Source of the DNA: Longimicrobiales bacterium
GTDB lineage: Bacteria; Gemmatimonadota; Gemmatimonadetes; Longimicrobiales; Gaopeijiaceae
Reading direction: 5' to 3'
NCBI GenBank assembly: GCA_041690395.1
Contig: JAWLHJ010000001.1
Span: 1-64,000, forward strand
Length of the DNA stretch: 64,000 nucleotides
Each line of letters starts with the position of its first letter. Position 1 is the stretch's first letter. The notes below the pieces were generated by a model. The model saw nothing but the letters and a program-made list of their open reading frames with translations. It was not told where the DNA came from and searched no databases. Below are positions 58,988 to 64,000 of this stretch, one piece after another. The position numbers and the translations under genes are program-made.

Positions 58988-61918
58988 ATGCCTCGACGTG
59001 ACGCGCGACCCCTTCCGGCCATGGCGTGCGCTCTCGTCATGGCGCTCATGCTGCTCCCCGCCGGAGGCAGCGCACAGGGTATCGGGCTCTCCTTGACGCC
59101 CAGCGTGGAGGAAACGCGCTGGGGCGAGGACCTCCTGATTCCGAACACCGTCTTTCCCGGCGCTCTCGCGTCGGCGCACTTCGGGCGGTTCGTCTCGCTC
59201 GATGCCCACTACTTCCAGTCGGGAAGACAGGAAGTGACCGGTTCGGCGACGCCGGTCGAGGCGCGGCGGTGGGGTGGAGACATCTTCGTGGCGCTCTCTC
59301 CCACGCCGATTGCGCCTTTCGTACGGCTCGGCGCGGGTGTCGTCGAGTTCAGGCCCGAGCAGGAAGGCGCCGAAGCCAGCCGACACCTCGCGGCCTCGTT
59401 CGGCGGAGGACTGCGCTTCGCGGTCCGCGACCGCCTGAGCGGAGAGCTCTCGGTCCGCCGTCTGTCGTTTCGCGCCGGGCCCGGATCTGGGGTGGTCGAG
59501 GACGACGGCTCCAGCGACCCGGTCCGGGACATCGGGACCTACACCATCGGCGCCGGCCTCCGTATGCCGCTCGGCGGCACGTGGGACAACCCGGAGACCG
59601 ACGAGGCGGTCCGGAATCTCCGGACACTCGCGCTCCCGGTCCGGCTCTTCGGTGGATCCATGGGGTTCGCCGACGAGCTCGGGCTCGAGAATCATCCGGT
59701 CATGGGAGCGCTGCTCGGGGTCGACCTCGGTCCGTTCGTCGGCACGAGCCTGTACGCCTTCGGTAGCGCGCAGGACGGGCTCACCTCGCCGGAGCTGTTC
59801 TACGGATACGGTCTCGAGAGCTCGTTCAACCTGGTACGCCGGGGCGCGGGCGCGACGCCGCATCTGATTCTGGGCGGCGGCCGCGTGCACTTCACCGAGG
59901 CCGACCGCGCCACCGCCGACCTGGACGGGCGGAAGAAGTGGACGGCGACTATCGGCGCAGGCCTCGACTTCACCGTGACTGATCGGTTCCGCGGAGAGGC
60001 CGCCGTCCGGAACCTCGTCCTCACGCAGCCGGCGAGCGCCGACGTGAGCAGCCCGGACCAGCTTCGGTCGAACTGGCTTCTGTCGGCGGGCATACGGTTC
60101 GTGGTGGGCGGAGGCCGCGGGCGATCGGACACGCCGTCCCAGGTATCTTCGGACGCCTCCGGACGTGGCGGATCCGCCGGCGACGCACCGGCCACGGACG
60201 ACCGTCGCCGGGCGACGCCGGACGAGATCGAGCAGCTCGAGTTGGAGCGGCAACGGCTGCTCGGGGAGCTCGAGGTCGAGCGTCTCCGCCGGGCCCTCGA
60301 CCGTCTCAGGGCCGAGGACGATCCGTCCGCGGCCGAGCGCCTGCTCGCCGAGGCGCGAAGAGAGCCCGGGGAACCGGCCGCCCCCAGAACGTTCGAGCTT
60401 CCGGTGCTCGAGGAAGGGGAGATCCGCGTGCGCTTCGGGCCCGAGCGCGGGGTCGACTCGGTGACGACCACGACGGGCGATCCTGCGGCGCGCCAGGACG
60501 GCACGGACGACGACGCTGATCCAACGGAGGCCCGTGATCCGCGCGTGGCCTCGTTGCTCGAGCGGGTGGCTCGCCTGGAGGGACGGATCGAAGAGCTCTC
60601 CGATCGAGCCGGTCAGGCTGCCGCGCCCGCCGTGCCCGGCAACCTCCAGGTCGACGTGCAGGCGCCCGGGGCGGTTGGTGGTGGCGCCGCGGCAGGGGCC
60701 GTGAGCGAGCCCGCCCCTCGCGGCATCTTCCGGGGAGAGGGGCCTGGCTTCGACGGAGCAGCGCTCTACGCCGGCGGGCGGCTCGAGCCGACATCCCAGG
60801 GCATCATGGGCGGCGAGGTCGACATCGGCTCGGCGCTGGGGGGCAGCCTCCGTGTTCGACCCGGCTTCGCGCTCGGGTTCGGCAGCAACTTCATCTGGAG
60901 CCTCGGGACGGACGTGGCATGGCCCGCTCCGTTCACGCTCTGGGGTCTCAGGCCCGGCCTCACCGCCGGCGTCGGGATCCTGCGAGAGGACGGCGTCACC
61001 CGCGTGATGATCCCGAACCTCGGGGTCGAGCTGGGTCATCGGCTCACCGAGCGGCTGGAAGGCTACATGGCCTACCAGACCCTCGACCTTTTCGATGACC
61101 AGCGCCTGGTCGTGGGCGTCCGGCTGAGGCCCGGACCGGAAGAGGAGGAAGCGAGGGTGCGCGTCACCGTTCCCGGCCGGGCCGCGGAGGTTGACTCAGC
61201 CGCGGGTCGAGCACCCGCGGTCGGCGCCTCCGGGCAGCCCGACTCGGCCGCCGTCGCCGAGCGGGAGGCGCTGCGGGAGGAGCTCGGCGAGTTGGGGGCT
61301 GAAGTGGAGGCGCTGCGGAACGCGCTCTCCCGGGCCGAAGACACGGCGCGCCAAGCGGAGCGTCGGGCCGAGGAGGCGCGCGCCGAGGCGCGGACGAGGG
61401 ACCAGGCCGAGCGCGACGCGGCCGAGGAAGAGGAGGAGCCGGACGAGCCCGACGCGGACGAGCGGGCCGCTGCGGACCCGTCCGATTCCGCCGCGGCCAT
61501 GGTCGAGGAGCTCAGCGCCCTCGAGCGACTCGAGTCGGTGCAGGACGTACGGAGGGTCGCCCGCGGCGTAGCCGTCGTCCTGGGCGGGAATCGCACGTTC
61601 GGGGTCGGCGAGGACTCGCTGTCCCCGATGGCGCACTCCGAGATCGGGCTGATCGCCGAGGAGCTCCTCCGGTGGGACCACCCGATCTCGATCGAGGGGC
61701 ACACCGACTCGACGGGCGGCCCGGAGCTCAACCTGAGCCTGTCCGAGGATCGGGCGGCCGCCGTGCGGGCCGCATTGGTCGCGCACGGCCTCGCGCCGTC
61801 CGCCGTGACGTCCACGGGATTCGGACTCACGCGGCCGGTCGCGGACAACGCCACGGCGGACGGGCGGGCTTCCAATCGCAGGGTGGAGATCGTCGTGCTG
61901 CTGGATGGCCTCCGCTGA
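58988..61918 (+). CDS. large OmpA-domain protein with several beta-barrel-like segments and coiled coils
   Basis: Signal peptide and repeated OMP-type strands. C-terminal IEGHTDS.G....N..LS..RA..V and NRRVEI. Confidence 0.85.
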   Translation: MPRRDARPLPAMACALVMALMLLPAGGSAQGIGLSLTPSVEETRWGEDLLIPNTVFPGALASAHFGRFVSLDAHYFQSGRQEVTGSATPVEARRWGGDIFVALSPTPIAPFVRLGAGVVEFRPEQEGAEASRHLAASFGGGLRFAVRDRLSGELSVRRLSFRAGPGSGVVEDDGSSDPVRDIGTYTIGAGLRMPLGGTWDNPETDEAVRNLRTLALPVRLFGGSMGFADELGLENHPVMGALLGVDLGPFVGTSLYAFGSAQDGLTSPELFYGYGLESSFNLVRRGAGATPHLILGGGRVHFTEADRATADLDGRKKWTATIGAGLDFTVTDRFRGEAAVRNLVLTQPASADVSSPDQLRSNWLLSAGIRFVVGGGRGRSDTPSQVSSDASGRGGSAGDAPATDDRRRATPDEIEQLELERQRLLGELEVERLRRALDRLRAEDDPSAAERLLAEARREPGEPAAPRTFELPVLEEGEIRVRFGPERGVDSVTTTTGDPAARQDGTDDDADPTEARDPRVASLLERVARLEGRIEELSDRAGQAAAPAVPGNLQVDVQAPGAVGGGAAAGAVSEPAPRGIFRGEGPGFDGAALYAGGRLEPTSQGIMGGEVDIGSALGGSLRVRPGFALGFGSNFIWSLGTDVAWPAPFTLWGLRPGLTAGVGILREDGVTRVMIPNLGVELGHRLTERLEGYMAYQTLDLFDDQRLVVGVRLRPGPEEEEARVRVTVPGRAAEVDSAAGRAPAVGASGQPDSAAVAEREALREELGELGAEVEALRNALSRAEDTARQAERRAEEARAEARTRDQAERDAAEEEEEPDEPDADERAAADPSDSAAAMVEELSALERLESVQDVRRVARGVAVVLGGNRTFGVGEDSLSPMAHSEIGLIAEELLRWDHPISIEGHTDSTGGPELNLSLSEDRAAAVRAALVAHGLAPSAVTSTGFGLTRPVADNATADGRASNRRVEIVVLLDGLR

Positions 61919-62026
61919 GCCCGCCGCGTTCTGGCATCTTTCCTGCATCTATTGAAAAACAGGAGTCGGGACCCCAACAGCCCGGCCGCCGCGGACCCCG
62001 TACATCCCAGAAGAAGGAAGGAAGGT

Positions 62027-62725
62027 ATGAGCACCAAGCGTTGGAAGACCCACAGGTTCGCCATCCTGGCCGGCCTCGGCCTGGTCGGGGCGACGAGTGC
62101 CTGCTCCACCGTGAGCCCGGAAGAGATGGACACCGGTCTCGCGGCGCTGCGGGCGGAGATGATGGAAGAGATGGAGGCCGGCGACGAGCAGGTCTCGCAG
62201 GAGCTCGGGAGCCGTATCGGCTCGGTCGAGCAGCGTCTCTCGCAGCTCGAGTCCGACCTCCAGGAGATGGAGCGGGAGTTCGAGGTCACCGTGCAGCGGC
62301 TCGAGGACCAGCTCCGGTTCGACGTGCCGGTATACTTCGGGTTCGACGAGTCCGAGCTGACGCCCGAAGCGGCACCCATCCTCGACCGGTTCACGTCGGT
62401 CGTGCAGCAGTACTACCCCGAGGCCCTGATCACCGTCGAGGGCTTCACGGATCCGTCCGGCTCGGCGGCGTACAACCAGACGCTGGGCCAGCGCCGCGCG
62501 GACGCGGTGCGCCAGTACCTGGTCGAGAACGGCTCGGTCAACGACCAGCGCGTCCGTGCCGTGAGCTACGGTGAGGACTCCTCCCGTCTGGTCCAGCCGA
62601 ACGCGACCGGCCCCGGCCAGGACGGCTGGCAGAACCGCCGGGTCGTGCTGGTGATCGATCACCAGGGCACGCCGCCGGCGCAGGCGACGGACGAGCAGGG
62701 CACCGAGGAGCAGGGCACCCGGTAG
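62027..62725 (+). CDS. OmpA/Pal-like lipoprotein with coiled-coil linker
   Basis: GGAAGG RBS and lipobox TSAC. VYFGFD, VEGFTD..G...YN..LG.RRA, SYGE, NRRV. Confidence 0.9.
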   Translation: MSTKRWKTHRFAILAGLGLVGATSACSTVSPEEMDTGLAALRAEMMEEMEAGDEQVSQELGSRIGSVEQRLSQLESDLQEMEREFEVTVQRLEDQLRFDVPVYFGFDESELTPEAAPILDRFTSVVQQYYPEALITVEGFTDPSGSAAYNQTLGQRRADAVRQYLVENGSVNDQRVRAVSYGEDSSRLVQPNATGPGQDGWQNRRVVLVIDHQGTPPAQATDEQGTEEQGTR

Positions 62726-62751
62726 CAGCGGTCCGCTCGTCGAGCGACATT

Positions 62752-62784
62752 GAAGGGGTCCGGCCTGTTGGGCCGGGCCCCTTC
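62752..62784. terminator. intrinsic terminator-like hairpin
   Basis: 14 bp stem GAAGGGGTCCGGCC / GGCCGGGCCCCTTC (one G-U pair) after the OmpA lipoprotein. Confidence 0.7.
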
Positions 62785-62860
62785 GTCGTTCCGGGAGGGT
62801 ACGCGGCCCCGCGGGTACGCGTGATGTCCCAGATCTTCCGTCCCAACAGAGAGACCGTCC

Positions 62861-63235
62861 ATGACCGTGGTCGCCGTGGCTCTGGGTGGCGCCTTGGGCG
62901 CTGTCTCGCGCTATCTGCTCGGAAGCTGGGTTCAGTCGATCTCCGGCGGGTCGTTCCCCTGGGGTACGTGGACGGTGAACGTGCTGGGGTCGTTGCTACT
63001 CGGCTTCGCGATGGTCTGGCTGGCAGAGACGCTCGCCTCGGCGGAGCTGCGACTTTTCGTCGCGATGGGCTTCCTCGGCTCGTTCACGACATTCAGCACG
63101 TTCAGCTTCGAGACGGTCGAGCTCATCCGGGAGGGGCTCTGGATGAGGGCCGGCGTCTACTCGCTGGGCTCGCTCATGGTCGGCGTCCTGGCCGTGGTCG
63201 CCGGGGCGGCCGCCGCGGTAGCCGCCACCCGCTAA
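62861..63235 (+). CDS. crcB: fluoride channel FluC/CrcB
   Basis: GGALGA..RY, FPWGT..VN..GS, GFLGSFTTFSTF. Confidence 0.95.
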   Translation: MTVVAVALGGALGAVSRYLLGSWVQSISGGSFPWGTWTVNVLGSLLLGFAMVWLAETLASAELRLFVAMGFLGSFTTFSTFSFETVELIREGLWMRAGVYSLGSLMVGVLAVVAGAAAAVAATR

Positions 63236-63264
63236 CCCGGGCGCATCCGTCGGCCGTGTGGCCT

Positions 63265-63999
63265 TCACCCGTCGGCCGCCCCCACTCTCGCGAGTCGCAG
63301 TGCGTTGAGCGTAACCGCCAGCGAGACGCCCATGTCGCCCACCAGCACGGCGGTGATCAGTGACACCGCACCGAGCGGCACACCGATGGCGAGCACGGCC
63401 TTCACGCCGAGTGCCAGCGCGATGTTCACGCGGATGACGCGAACGGCTTCCCGGGACAGCACGCGTACGTAGGGAAGCCTCGAGAGGTCATCCCCCATGA
63501 GCGCGATATCGGCGGTCTCGAGAGCGGCGTCCGAGCCGGCCGCACCCATGACGATGCCCACCCCGGCCGCAGCCAACGCCGGCGCGTCGTTGATCCCGTC
63601 CCCGACCATCGCGACCGGCCCGTAGGTCCGGGTGAGCTCCCGCACTGCTTCCACCTTCTGCTCCGGGAGCAGCTCGGCGCGGACCTCGTCGACGCCCAAC
63701 TCGCGACCCACGGCCTCGGCGGTCGGTGCGGCGTCTCCGGTGAGCATGACGAGCCGCTCGATCCCTTCGGCACGGAGCTCCGCGAGGTGTCGTGCCGCGG
63801 AGCGGCGGGTCCGGTCCGCGATCCGGTACCAGGCCACCACGACGCCGTCCACCGACGCTGCGACGACCGACCCGGGTAGATCGACCCACTCCTCCGGCGG
63901 AGCCGTGCCCGGTGCCACGAAGTGGGGGGCGCCAACCACTACGTCCACGCCGTCCACCCGGGCCCGCGCCCCACGCCCGGGTGTGGCCGCGAACGCTTC
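63265..63999 (-). CDS. heavy-metal P1B-type ATPase, 3' part (5' end outside the window)
   Basis: PGRG, MLTGD, AELLPEQK, AMVGDGINDAPALA, D.G...V..NALRL. The frame is open to the window edge. Confidence 0.92.
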   Translation of the reverse strand, partial: EAFAATPGRGARARVDGVDVVVGAPHFVAPGTAPPEEWVDLPGSVVAASVDGVVVAWYRIADRTRRSAARHLAELRAEGIERLVMLTGDAAPTAEAVGRELGVDEVRAELLPEQKVEAVRELTRTYGPVAMVGDGINDAPALAAAGVGIVMGAAGSDAALETADIALMGDDLSRLPYVRVLSREAVRVIRVNIALALGVKAVLAIGVPLGAVSLITAVLVGDMGVSLAVTLNALRLARVGAADG

Positions 64000-64000
64000 G

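Noticed and set aside
62785..62860. Possible fluoride riboswitch upstream of crcB
   Set aside because: The GGCGATGG(A/T)GTTCGCC...GCT(A/G)ATGAC-type consensus is not present.

Overview
A 64 kb, roughly 70% GC, gene-dense bacterial chromosomal window. The gene repertoire resembles Gemmatimonadota, which is an inference and not demonstrated. I found no rRNA, tRNA, CRISPR array, prophage or intact transposase. About 55 CDS can be supported. Ordinary content includes a GyrA/ParC-family subunit, an ECF sigma/ZAS anti-sigma pair, a stand-alone PaaABCD-like di-iron oxygenase cluster, hldD/rfaD, pfkA, a BMP-type ABC importer, SSS/NSS/SulP transporters, a permuted aconitase-family enzyme, two OmpA-domain proteins, fluC/crcB and a partial heavy-metal P-type ATPase. 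The most striking content is two exported caspase-family (C14) protease loci. Locus 1 (16.0-25.3 kb) is a self-contained cyclic-nucleotide signalling cassette: cNMP-binding/degenerate PP2C protein, MBL hydrolase, exported caspase-DUF4384, CHASE2 adenylate cyclase, exported FecR-like/TPR protein and GAF-HD-GYP phosphodiesterase. Locus 2 (33.3-40.0 kb) is an envelope module: caspase with a CsgG-like N-terminus, two CsgG-like/TPR proteins and an outer-membrane beta-barrel. Non-coding highlights are a 307 bp TA-flanked MITE with 33 bp perfect inverted ends that split a TAATG-coupled gene pair, a related palindromic repeat at 15.7 kb, an unannotated structured RNA candidate at 2.67-2.81 kb, paired BetI-like operators, and an apparently obligatory CTG start codon. 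All domain calls come from motif recognition by eye; no database searches were run.
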